IMG/VR virus record: IMGVR_UViG_3300027833_000001
Location: 32,001-96,000 of that record
From: a virus
DNA length: 64,000 nucleotides
Reading direction: 5' to 3' (one strand)
Part shown: piece after piece, positions 9,321 to 17,708 of the stretch
Layout of the letters: each line of letters begins with the position of its first letter
Numbering within the stretch: the first letter of the stretch is position 1
Translations under genes and position numbers: made by a program
The notes under the pieces: generated by a model
Told to the model about the DNA's origin: nothing
Seen by the model: only the letters and a program-made list of their open reading frames with translations
Databases searched by the model: none

Positions 9321-9511
9321 TACGATTACTTACTGGCTTATTTTTAATACTTGGTGCTGTTGGTCGTGATGACGCATGGCTTGCTTGTCACGCCGCGGCT
9401 GACTGTTTAGCTGGTCCCGCTCCGACTATTACTAGTCTTTTAACATACTCTTCTATTGGTCTTGCTCTATGTATGTGGGCAGCCGTTGACTTGAATAAGC
9501 AGTATTCATAA
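9317..9511 (+). CDS. small membrane protein
   Basis: Two hydrophobic segments; ATGA-coupled. Confidence 0.65.
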   Translation: MIRLLTGLFLILGAVGRDDAWLACHAAADCLAGPAPTITSLLTYSSIGLALCMWAAVDLNKQYS

Positions 9512-9732
9512 TGTTGGTGAATAGATTATTTGCTTTGCGAGTTATCTCTTGTGATGACCCTAACAAATGGTATGCAGATAAAGTAGGACAAATAGTTCCT
9601 TACATAGCAGACCAATCTGAGTCTGAGTGGAAAAGTTTACAAGATGATGGTGTTGCACCAGGACATCGATTTACAAATTTCATCACAAAGAAAGATGCCG
9701 TTCTGGAGGAACTGTACGATGTATTTGACTAA
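9511..9732 (+). CDS. hypothetical protein
   Basis: TAATG-coupled 73-aa ORF. Confidence 0.6.
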   Translation: MLVNRLFALRVISCDDPNKWYADKVGQIVPYIADQSESEWKSLQDDGVAPGHRFTNFITKKDAVLEELYDVFD

Positions 9733-10369
9733 ACTGGCAATAGCAACCACCGTGGTTGTTGCAAGTCTTGGCATTGCTGATTCTGTTGCAATTGGACAAG
9801 ATGATGATTTACGCCTCGTGCTTGAGCAACCTTTTTACAGGGCTGAGATAGGTCAGATCAGTGAGATTAGAGGATGGGCATTACATCCAACTGAACAAAT
9901 TGATACAATAGAAATCTATATTGATAATCAGTTCTACTCTATTGTTCCTGTCGGTGGACAGCGAGGTGATGTTTACAACGCATATCCCGATGCAGTAAGT
10001 TCTAGATATTCTGGTTATGCACAAACAGTAAACTTCAAGACTTTACCGCCTGGGTTTCATACCATGCAAGTTGTAGCATATACTGTTGAAGGTAGCTATA
10101 ACGCTATAACGTCCGAGTTCTGTGTGGATGGATTTACTGGTGAGTTTATCAGTGATTCTTCAAGTATAAATTTACAAACAGTAGCGCGATTACACACGGA
10201 TAAAAATGCTCTGATATTAGAAGGTATGGAAGTTGACGGATACCTATATAATGTCGAGTTGGTGTGGAACAAAGCCACGCAAGGATTTATCATTGAGCAA
10301 ACTACTCCTTACGAATATATCAATGGCGATTATTCTAAGCATTGTCGAGTATGCGCTCCAGATATGTAA
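9719..10369 (+). CDS. secreted protein with Ig-like domain
   Basis: Signal peptide MYLTKLAIATTVVVASLG; IRGWAL..IEIYIDN..RGDV..AYP..SGY..LPPGFHTMQVVA. Confidence 0.65.
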   Translation: MYLTKLAIATTVVVASLGIADSVAIGQDDDLRLVLEQPFYRAEIGQISEIRGWALHPTEQIDTIEIYIDNQFYSIVPVGGQRGDVYNAYPDAVSSRYSGYAQTVNFKTLPPGFHTMQVVAYTVEGSYNAITSEFCVDGFTGEFISDSSSINLQTVARLHTDKNALILEGMEVDGYLYNVELVWNKATQGFIIEQTTPYEYINGDYSKHCRVCAPDM

Positions 10370-10397
10370 TTTTTTTGACAATAAATACGATTGCCAC

Positions 10398-10426
10398 TTG
10401 ACTTTTACAACTGTTTAGTTTATAAT
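10398..10426 (+). promoter_or_regulatory. sigma70-type promoter
   Basis: TTGACT-N17-TATAAT. Confidence 0.75.
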
Positions 10427-10451
10427 GGCACACATCAATAGGGAGGCGCAA

Positions 10452-10520
10452 ATGACGAAAACAATAGTAATCGAACTTACGGTAGCTATAGCGTGTTTAA
10501 TAATTCTCGTTACACTATAA
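10452..10520 (+). CDS. 22-aa single-pass hydrophobic peptide (not in ORF track)
   Basis: MTKTIVIELTVAIACLIILVTL*, with GGGAGG SD at 10441 and its own promoter. Confidence 0.6.
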   Translation: MTKTIVIELTVAIACLIILVTL

Positions 10521-10657
10521 GCGTATATTATTAAACCTATGTCTCTTATTGGTCTGCTGGATTGCCGAAGAAAAAGATCCAGAGTTGTGTCGATTAAAAA
10601 GTCGTGGTGAACAGTCCGCGATTATTGAATACGAGGTAGATTTATAAGTTTTAGGTT

Positions 10658-10665
10658 TATAAATA
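10658..10665 (+). promoter_or_regulatory. T4-type late promoter
   Basis: TATAAATA. Confidence 0.7.
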
Positions 10666-10670
10666 GTATT

Positions 10671-10876
10671 AGAACAACCCGGTTGTAGTCCTGAGTAAAG
10701 ACTCCACCCTGTACTAAGTTAAACTGCTCCGTCAATAGAGCCAAATGCCATTGACGTTAAGCCATAGACTCCTGAGTAAGAGTATAAAACTTCTCCGGCT
10801 GTCACCTCTCTCAAAACACCGGCAGTCGTTAAACGGAGGGTCCTGGGCATGACGCTTAAACTGCCCAACTTTTTAT
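10671..10876 (+). ncRNA. putative structured RNA of three related H-type pseudoknot units
   Basis: Three copies of stem-CTGRGYAW-stem...AAACTKCYC with covariation, intervening hairpins, a late promoter upstream and a U-run downstream. Confidence 0.6.
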
Positions 10877-10894
10877 AATGATCAAGTGGAGAAT

Positions 10895-11269
10895 ATGATG
10901 TCAGATGAAACACCCAAACCAGAAGTAGAAGAAAGTGCTGAGTATGAAAACTTTCTAGGACAGAAAGCGACTGAGTATGAAGCTCCTTCATTATCTGATG
11001 TCCTTGGAGTGGATCAAGAAGACTTACGTGGTAGTGTAAACCCAGTCAAAGATCATTGGGTAGGTATGCCAGAATACGAACATAAAAAAGATGCTGGTCC
11101 ATTTAAATCTATCAATGTACATTTTCGCAACGAAGAAGATTATCAAGCATTTGCTGAACTGCTAGGTACTGGTTTAACAAAGAGAACAAAAAGCATTTGG
11201 TATCCAAAACAATCTATTACAGCAAATTCATTAATGCGTTGGATGCAGGAAGATGATGCCGATGCGTAG
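10895..11269 (+). CDS. partner protein of the TAGT-like glycosyltransferase
   Basis: WVGMPEY..INVHFRNEEDY..F..L....T..TKSIWYP; overlaps the GT gene. Confidence 0.7.
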   Translation: MMSDETPKPEVEESAEYENFLGQKATEYEAPSLSDVLGVDQEDLRGSVNPVKDHWVGMPEYEHKKDAGPFKSINVHFRNEEDYQAFAELLGTGLTKRTKSIWYPKQSITANSLMRWMQEDDADA

Positions 11270-12197
11270 TAATCAATATCCAATTTACATAGTATCTAAG
11301 GGTAGACATGAATCCATGTTTACTTCTAGAAGTCTTGATAAGATGAATACGCAACATTACATTGCTATTGAACCACAAGACTATGACAACTATGTACAAG
11401 CGTTCGTAGAGTTCGGTATTACTACTGCTACTCTTTTAGTTCTACCCTTTAGCAATCATGGTGATGGACCTGGTCGCGCACGTAATTGGTGTTGGGATCA
11501 TTCGATGCAAAATGGCTTTGATGCTCATTGGGTACTTGATGATAACATACAATCATTCTATAGATTCAATGATAACATACGAATACGTGTGGGCTCAAGT
11601 GTATTCTTTAGAGTAATGGAGGATTTCTTTGACCGATACGATAATCTTTATATTGCTGGTCCTCAGTACCGCTTTTTTATTGCACCCAATCAGAGTTATC
11701 CGCCTTTTGTGGCGAACACTCGTATTTACTCTTGCCTTCTTATTAGGAATGATTGTTCTCACAGATGGCGAGGTAGATACAACGAAGATACGGACATCTG
11801 CTTGCGAGTTCTTAAGGACGGAGACTGCACAGTCCAATTTAACGCCTTCTTACAGGGCAAAGTTGCAACACAAACTGTAAAGGGGGGAAATTCCACTGAG
11901 TTCTATCATAAGGAGGGTATGGAAGAAGGGTTATCTGAAGAACAAGTTGCACAGATGACAAAGGAGAAAGGTGAAAGATATAACATCGATGGCACCATAA
12001 ATAAATCACAGATGCTGGAGGATATGCACCCAGATGTAGCCAGAGTAGTTTGGCGATACGGAAGGTGGCATCACTATGTTGATTATTCATCTTTTAAAAA
12101 GAATAAATTAATCTTGAAAGAAGGAGAAACATTGCCCAATGTGAAAGTAGATAACTATGGCATGAAGCTAGTTACCCTTGAAGAGAAAATAACTTAA
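11253..12197 (+). CDS. TAGT/GREB1-like GT-A glycosyltransferase (putative DNA base hypermodification)
   Basis: YPIYIVSKGR, ARNWCWDHS, HWVLDDNI (DD), NTRIYSC, WRGRYNEDTD, KGGN, RWHHYVDY. Confidence 0.75.
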   Translation: MMPMRSNQYPIYIVSKGRHESMFTSRSLDKMNTQHYIAIEPQDYDNYVQAFVEFGITTATLLVLPFSNHGDGPGRARNWCWDHSMQNGFDAHWVLDDNIQSFYRFNDNIRIRVGSSVFFRVMEDFFDRYDNLYIAGPQYRFFIAPNQSYPPFVANTRIYSCLLIRNDCSHRWRGRYNEDTDICLRVLKDGDCTVQFNAFLQGKVATQTVKGGNSTEFYHKEGMEEGLSEEQVAQMTKEKGERYNIDGTINKSQMLEDMHPDVARVVWRYGRWHHYVDYSSFKKNKLILKEGETLPNVKVDNYGMKLVTLEEKIT

Positions 12198-12215
12198 AAT
12201 AAAGTAAAAAAAGGG

Positions 12216-12244
12216 TTGACAAATGCAATCAAGCCTGCTATAAT
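12216..12244 (+). promoter_or_regulatory. early sigma70-type promoter
   Basis: TTGACA-N17-TATAAT with extended TG and an A-tract. Confidence 0.85.
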
Positions 12245-12309
12245 GTGTATTGTAAGTTGGAAAACTATTTACATTTCTGAAACTATATTATTGATAACGG
12301 AGAACGTCT

Positions 12310-12591
12310 ATGACAACTCAAACTGTAACTACTAAATCTAGCCAAGTCCTTTCTGCCTTTATGGCGGGTGAAGAACTTTCAGCTGGTCAATTGAAGCAAC
12401 GCTTTCAAGTCGGCAACCCTACTGCAACTGTTTCGGCACTGCGAATGAAGGGCTATGCTATTTACCTTAACCAAGGCACCAAAGACTCTAGGGGTCGACT
12501 CGGTGTCTCTAAGTATCGATTAGGTTCGCCTAGTCGTGCTGTAATTGCGGCTGGATATCAAGCACTAGCGGCTGCGGCAAAGACTGCATAG
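12310..12591 (+). CDS. small winged-helix/HTH DNA-binding protein
   Basis: QVLSAF..GEELSAGQLKQRF.VGNPTATVSALRMKGYAIY..KYRLG. Confidence 0.7.
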   Translation: MTTQTVTTKSSQVLSAFMAGEELSAGQLKQRFQVGNPTATVSALRMKGYAIYLNQGTKDSRGRLGVSKYRLGSPSRAVIAAGYQALAAAAKTA

Positions 12592-12618
12592 TCTAGCCAT
12601 TATCCAACTTACAGCACT

Positions 12619-12648
12619 AAAGAGGGAGCTTAACGGCTCCCTTTTTTT
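12619..12648. terminator. intrinsic terminator, probably bidirectional
   Basis: AGGGAGC-ttaacg-GCTCCCT followed by a T-run, between convergent genes. Confidence 0.85.
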
Positions 12649-13477
12649 ATGCAGTTTTGTAATGACTGTCTGGTAATTTTATCTGGTGTTCCATTACTAC
12701 AGCACTACCCTTTATAACAGGTCCTATATTATAAGGTGACTTCTTTACTGATTTGAATGTCATTGACATTGTTATCTGATACCCCTGGCTACCAGTAGGC
12801 TTCTTATTACGCTCTTCCAGTAAGAGAGCCTTAGAAACACCCTTAGACTGTATTCTGATTCTCAATACACATTTATGTGAACGACTCCACAAAGGAACTT
12901 TAGGTGCAGTACATTGCATCTTTGCTGGATCTTTACCTCCCAGTAAAAAGAATCCATGAGTTCCTACATTAATGTAGTACGTGTCTTTTAGGTTATAATA
13001 TTTTTCAATTGAGGTATCTGGTAAATCAAATAATATGTCCTTGCTATTTTCCAAGTCTTGTTTATATCGTTCTTCTACATTTGGTCGACCAGCTTTTTCC
13101 CATCGTTGGAGCCATTTAGCATCTCTGTCTTCTGCAATCCAAAGTCTCTTTTGACCCTGTAGCCATTTTCTCTTTATTGCAGTGAGTACTCCATTCTTTT
13201 CTCCAAGACTTTTCATAAATTCTTTTTCTTTAGAACCGCCAGTATCACCAATTCTAACATCATTCTTGGAGTTGTTATACTTTATCACAAGAGAGCCAGC
13301 ATCTGCTAGGTCTTTCTTTAGTTCGCATCCGTAGTCTACTCCATTTATGGTCAAGTCTAAGTCTGGTCTATCACTTGATGCACCAGCTGGAATATAGTTT
13401 TTCTTTACAAGCCCAAACTTTACCTTCTTGAGGGCATTTGCTACGTTAGCCTCATATAGAAATCCTTCTTGTGCCAT
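12647..13477 (-). CDS. PD-(D/E)xK restriction-endonuclease-like protein
   Basis: GFLYE...RPDLDL...GCELK; YYINVGTHGFF. Confidence 0.6.
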   Translation of the reverse strand: MAQEGFLYEANVANALKKVKFGLVKKNYIPAGASSDRPDLDLTINGVDYGCELKKDLADAGSLVIKYNNSKNDVRIGDTGGSKEKEFMKSLGEKNGVLTAIKRKWLQGQKRLWIAEDRDAKWLQRWEKAGRPNVEERYKQDLENSKDILFDLPDTSIEKYYNLKDTYYINVGTHGFFLLGGKDPAKMQCTAPKVPLWSRSHKCVLRIRIQSKGVSKALLLEERNKKPTGSQGYQITMSMTFKSVKKSPYNIGPVIKGSAVVMEHQIKLPDSHYKTA

Positions 13478-13623
13478 TATTTTCCTTGACCTCTGTATTT
13501 TTTATAGGATCTCTTTTTGGATTTATTCATGGAACTCATCTTCAAAGTTCCTCTACCAATACTAGTTCCTTTAATTGTAGGCTCTATTGTTACTTGCGCC
13601 CCGATGCCTCTTTGCTTTGCCAT
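13477..13623 (-). CDS. 48-aa small basic protein (not in ORF track)
   Basis: MAKQRGIGAQVTIEPTIKGTSIGRGTLKMSSMNKSKKRSYKKYRGQGK*; fills the gap exactly; KYRGQG end recalls small proteins of marine T4-like phages. Confidence 0.75.
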   Translation of the reverse strand: MAKQRGIGAQVTIEPTIKGTSIGRGTLKMSSMNKSKKRSYKKYRGQGK

Positions 13624-13624
13624 A

Positions 13625-14098
13625 TTACTGTCCTGCCAATGGGTTCTCTAATGCTAACTGAATTTGATCTGCAATAGACTTTCGGATATCAATCAACTCT
13701 TTACCGGTGTCTCTTTCAAGTTCATATAGTCTTTTGTCAGAACTTCTAAGATCCACAGAAAATCCACCTAAGTCTCCGTCGATTCTATTTATGCTTTCTC
13801 GCATCACGGAAAGATTAGTCTGCATTGCTTCAATCTTTGTGTCGTAAGATCCAATTATAGTATTCTGGCTTTCAACTGTTTCTTCTAGTACTGCTATTGA
13901 TTGATTTATAGCTGACAAGTCTGGTGCAACATATTCTTGGATAGTTTCTTTCATGTCCATGTAATCTTTATAGACTTCAAAACCTCCATATAACACACCA
14001 ACCGCGGACGATAGTGCAACTAGGATTCCAAATACTTTGCCTCCCTTAAATGAGATGCCACCGACCTCTATTTCCATTCCTTCTTTTTCTTTAGACAT
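13625..14098 (-). CDS. membrane-anchored coiled-coil protein
   Basis: GGISFKGGK, one TM segment, heptad-rich body, ends ALENPLAGQ. Confidence 0.75.
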   Translation of the reverse strand: MSKEKEGMEIEVGGISFKGGKVFGILVALSSAVGVLYGGFEVYKDYMDMKETIQEYVAPDLSAINQSIAVLEETVESQNTIIGSYDTKIEAMQTNLSVMRESINRIDGDLGGFSVDLRSSDKRLYELERDTGKELIDIRKSIADQIQLALENPLAGQ

Positions 14099-16566
14099 TA
14101 ATATTGACTCCTAATTAATTGTTGTAGTGTACCGTGATTCTCTTTCGACAAATCATACATTGTTCTGTTGTTGTCTTTGAGTTGACCTCCCAGATACACT
14201 TGATCTTGTAAATAAACTTGATCGCTTGCTGTCATCGTGTTATTGTAGTATGCACTCAAGTCTGTTCCAACCGCAATAGACTGTAACGCGACTGTTTGCC
14301 CTTGAGCGGCAATGTTTGACTTCTCTTCTCTTGCTTTCTTGTTGGCATCTGCCATCTTTTCGGCTAATGACTTTACTGGTTCTATCTCTTGCATAATCAT
14401 ATCTGTTACTGGCTCTATAATAGAGAATCCAATAGGCGCTGAATCGCCCAATGCGACATTTTGCCCTATCTGTTCTATATTCATTGCGAACTGAGTGTTG
14501 GAAGACCCTGTACCATCGTCACCTCCGCTCTCTCCAGACATTTGTGTGAATAACTGAGTATCACTACCAAATATTGCGCTTGAATTCAACTCAACACCAA
14601 TTTGACCGCCGTTATTACCGGTATTGAACTGTTGCGAACCGTTATCAGAGCCGTCAGCGTACTGATTTGAGCCGTTATTTTGTGATCCTGCCGATCCATC
14701 GCTATTTTGTTGTTGATTTTGATTTGATTGACCGGAATTTTGATTCATATCTTGTACATTTCCGTTATTTTGACTATTATTAGAAACATTTCCGTTGCTT
14801 TGACTATTATTAGAAACATTTCCGTTGCCATTGTTGTTTTTACCCGCACTATTGCTAGAATTTGTCTCTATACTTGAAATTAATTTACTTGTTGTTGATA
14901 ATGAGAGTGATAAAGCTAACTTGTTGCCACCTTTTTTGCTTGGACTGCTTGGCTTTGATAATTCTTCCAGTGATCCCGGCTCTTCAAGTACTTCTTCCTC
15001 TGCTTCTTCTTCTCTGATATCTCTTTCCGCTCTAGATTCGTCAGGACGATCTTCTTCCAAGTCTGCAATGTCTTCAATTTCCTCAAATAGTTCTTCTTGT
15101 GGTTCTTCAAAACTTCTTTCAAAGTCTTGGATGTCTTCAAACTGTTCTTCAAAGAATGGTTCTTCCCTAGGCATAGGAAAATTTTCTGGTCTTTCTTGAT
15201 GTTCATGTGGAGCCAATCCTGGTAAATCTTCAGGTCGTTCTATCATTACCAGTTCGAAGGCTCCAGCTTCTTGAAATTCTTCTCCGGGTATGAACTCTTC
15301 GCTAATAGGGGGTGCGGGATAAAATGTCCCTTCTTCTGGAATGTCAAATCCGCCTTGAAAATCTTCTTGGTGTCCATCTGGTACGGACCCAAACGTGAAA
15401 AGAGATCCATCTGCATCTTCTCTAGGCATATCCCCTGTCTCATTGCTAAATCCATAAAATTCCTCCTCTGACACTCCGAAACTATCTTCAAATGATTGTC
15501 CGTCATCTTGACCACCATTATTGGATCCATCGAAAGGGTCATTATTAAAGTTGGGTTGTCCGTCATCTTGTCCGTCATCAGGTCCAAAAGCAAAATTGTC
15601 ATCTTCCCAGTAATCTTCAAAGTCATCCATCATATAGCCAGGACAGAACTGGTCAGATTGTGGATCGTTATTACATTCGTTTTCGTATACTGCTTCATCA
15701 TAGAACTCGCACTCTGAGTTTGATGTTTGATCATCATTACATTGTTGTGCAAATACGGCAGCCGCATATCCAGGACAAGTAGAATCATTCAATGCGTTAG
15801 AACAATCAACACTTGCTACTGAAGAGTAACCACCGTCTGTACCATACCATGCTCTACCACCCGGTACTGTCTCTGAATGAAAGTCTATATTAAATTCTGT
15901 AAAATTGCTATCTGCAAATTGTAGCTGATTCAACTCCGACTCGTTATCCTCATTTGCTGTTAAGTCACCAGTAAATCCAATAAACACATCGTGGTTTGTT
16001 ATATCAACTTCATCATATACAAAATCAAACGAATTGTCGGTATGTATATTGACTTGGAATGTGTTCTTGTTGTTATTATAGTATTCATTTACATTGTACC
16101 ACAGAAATGACGAACCTGAATTACTGGTTTCATAAAAGAATCCACTATTAGCACCATTAGTCTTGTCTATTATGTCAGTCCATAAAGGAGCTATCATATA
16201 ACTGTAGGGAGTTATATTACCACCCGCTGATTCTAATGCTTTAAGATTAAGTCCATCACAACACAAACTTCGGTTAAAGTTATTGATCGAGGCATTTCCT
16301 AATCTGCTATTACCAATTCCAGATGATGAATCATAGAACATAAGAAAACCATTAGTTGACATCCATGCATCATTAAATGTGCCACCATAGTATGTGAATG
16401 AATGTCCTAAAGATATCTTCATAATAGAGTCATCAAAATTTTGTCCATCCATAACTTGCGTCATACCAGAAGGGCTTAATAGGTCTGGAGACGCATGAGT
16501 ATTATTGCCAAATGTGCCTACCAAAAGATAGGCTAGAAAAAATAACCCTGCAAACCAATTACGCAT
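14098..16566 (-). CDS. large secreted protein: nidogen(NIDO)-like N-terminal domain, Cys repeats, acidic and Asn/Gln-rich regions
   Basis: Signal peptide; FTYYGGTF..WMSTNG..IAPLWTD..NTFQV; C-x6-CPGY-type repeats. Confidence 0.7.
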   Translation of the reverse strand: MRNWFAGLFFLAYLLVGTFGNNTHASPDLLSPSGMTQVMDGQNFDDSIMKISLGHSFTYYGGTFNDAWMSTNGFLMFYDSSSGIGNSRLGNASINNFNRSLCCDGLNLKALESAGGNITPYSYMIAPLWTDIIDKTNGANSGFFYETSNSGSSFLWYNVNEYYNNNKNTFQVNIHTDNSFDFVYDEVDITNHDVFIGFTGDLTANEDNESELNQLQFADSNFTEFNIDFHSETVPGGRAWYGTDGGYSSVASVDCSNALNDSTCPGYAAAVFAQQCNDDQTSNSECEFYDEAVYENECNNDPQSDQFCPGYMMDDFEDYWEDDNFAFGPDDGQDDGQPNFNNDPFDGSNNGGQDDGQSFEDSFGVSEEEFYGFSNETGDMPREDADGSLFTFGSVPDGHQEDFQGGFDIPEEGTFYPAPPISEEFIPGEEFQEAGAFELVMIERPEDLPGLAPHEHQERPENFPMPREEPFFEEQFEDIQDFERSFEEPQEELFEEIEDIADLEEDRPDESRAERDIREEEAEEEVLEEPGSLEELSKPSSPSKKGGNKLALSLSLSTTSKLISSIETNSSNSAGKNNNGNGNVSNNSQSNGNVSNNSQNNGNVQDMNQNSGQSNQNQQQNSDGSAGSQNNGSNQYADGSDNGSQQFNTGNNGGQIGVELNSSAIFGSDTQLFTQMSGESGGDDGTGSSNTQFAMNIEQIGQNVALGDSAPIGFSIIEPVTDMIMQEIEPVKSLAEKMADANKKAREEKSNIAAQGQTVALQSIAVGTDLSAYYNNTMTASDQVYLQDQVYLGGQLKDNNRTMYDLSKENHGTLQQLIRSQY
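14756..14827. repeat. 30-bp tandem repeat (~2.4 copies) inside CDS
   Basis: ACATTTCCGTT(ATT/GCT)TTGACTATTATTAGAA, encoding NGNVSNNSQ(S/N). Confidence 0.8.
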
Positions 16567-16568
16567 GG

Positions 16569-17708
16569 CTACTTACAGACCTGTTCTTCTGGATATGATG
16601 CACAAAATTCAGGTTTTTTCCAAACTCTATATTCCATATTTTTATTAGATTTGATTGTTGTTCCGTTTGTCTTATCGAACACTCCATCAGGCATTCTTTC
16701 TGGTGATTGTTGCCATCTTGTTAAAGCATCATCGCCAATCTCTCCTTGGAATGGGCAAGGAGTTCCTGCCATTCGCATTGCGCTCCAGACTCTTTTGTCT
16801 TGGCACATTAAAGATACTGCGGCTACTTTCATGCCCATATCATACATTGTTTTGGAAAGTTTTATTCTCTCACAATTCATATCTCTTACAGACTTACCAG
16901 CAGACACACCGAATATTTGCGTCTGCACTGCACCACTGATTCCAGTTGTACATAAGTCTTGTGAGTATGATGAGCCAATACTAGGTGCGATTGCACTAGG
17001 AGGTGGAGACTTGATAGTAGTCTCTGATTTGTTTATATTCTCGTTTCTATTTGTATTCTCGTTCTTACTGTTGATATCAGATTTACTTTCTGATTTAGAG
17101 TTGTTGTTATTGGTGTTAGTATTATCCGAAGTACTATCACTTTTAACATTCTGGTCTACAGTTGAGTTCGAATTGGAATTAGAAGTTGAGTTCGAATTTA
17201 CCGTACTGTTGTTATTGTTATTGTTGGTGCTAGTACTGTTGATAGTGCTGGCATTTGTATTGGTATTATTGTTGGTATTATTCGAGGTGCTGTTGCTAGT
17301 ATTATTATTGGTATTAGTATTTGCACTAGTACTGTTAATAACACTAGTATTATTGTTGTTATTAGTATTTGTACTTGTGGAAGTATTTACATTATTGTTG
17401 TTATTGGTGTTCGTATTTGTGGACGTGTTGTTATTGGTGTTCGTATTTGTGTTTACACCAGTATACGTAGTTGCATTAGTATTAGTATTGTTGTTTGTGG
17501 ACGTATTAGTATTGGTATTGTTATTGGTGTTCGTTCCAGTGACCGTAGACGTTGTAGCCGTCGTGTTATTGATGTTAGTGGTCGATGAACTTTCCTCACA
17601 ATACTGTGTACCTGCAGTACACGTACCTGTCTGTGCGCCAAAAGCCATTGGAATAGCAAAAGCTGTTGCGGTTGCAAAGAATACGCCTATGATAGTATTC
17701 CGCTTCAT
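16569..17708 (-). CDS. secreted Asn/Thr/Ser-rich protein with Cys-rich C-terminal domain
   Basis: Signal peptide; long NTNTNNN-type tract; PPPSAIAPS..DLC..NCERIKL..GMKVAAVSLMCQD..AGTPCP; AAGGAGA SD. Confidence 0.85.
   Translation of the reverse strand: MKRNTIIGVFFATATAFAIPMAFGAQTGTCTAGTQYCEESSSTTNINNTTATTSTVTGTNTNNNTNTNTSTNNNTNTNATTYTGVNTNTNTNNNTSTNTNTNNNNNVNTSTSTNTNNNNNTSVINSTSANTNTNNNTSNSTSNNTNNNTNTNASTINSTSTNNNNNNSTVNSNSTSNSNSNSTVDQNVKSDSTSDNTNTNNNNSKSESKSDINSKNENTNRNENINKSETTIKSPPPSAIAPSIGSSYSQDLCTTGISGAVQTQIFGVSAGKSVRDMNCERIKLSKTMYDMGMKVAAVSLMCQDKRVWSAMRMAGTPCPFQGEIGDDALTRWQQSPERMPDGVFDKTNGTTIKSNKNMEYRVWKKPEFCASYPEEQVCK

Noticed and set aside
10687-10866. CRISPR-like or hammerhead reading of the CCTGAGTAA repeats
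   Set aside because: Repeats are short and degenerate with uneven spacing, no cas genes are nearby, and the CTGANGA/GAAA hammerhead core is absent.
10719-10991. 90-aa minus-strand ORF
   Set aside because: Overlaps a real plus-strand gene and the structured RNA; no recognisable motif.
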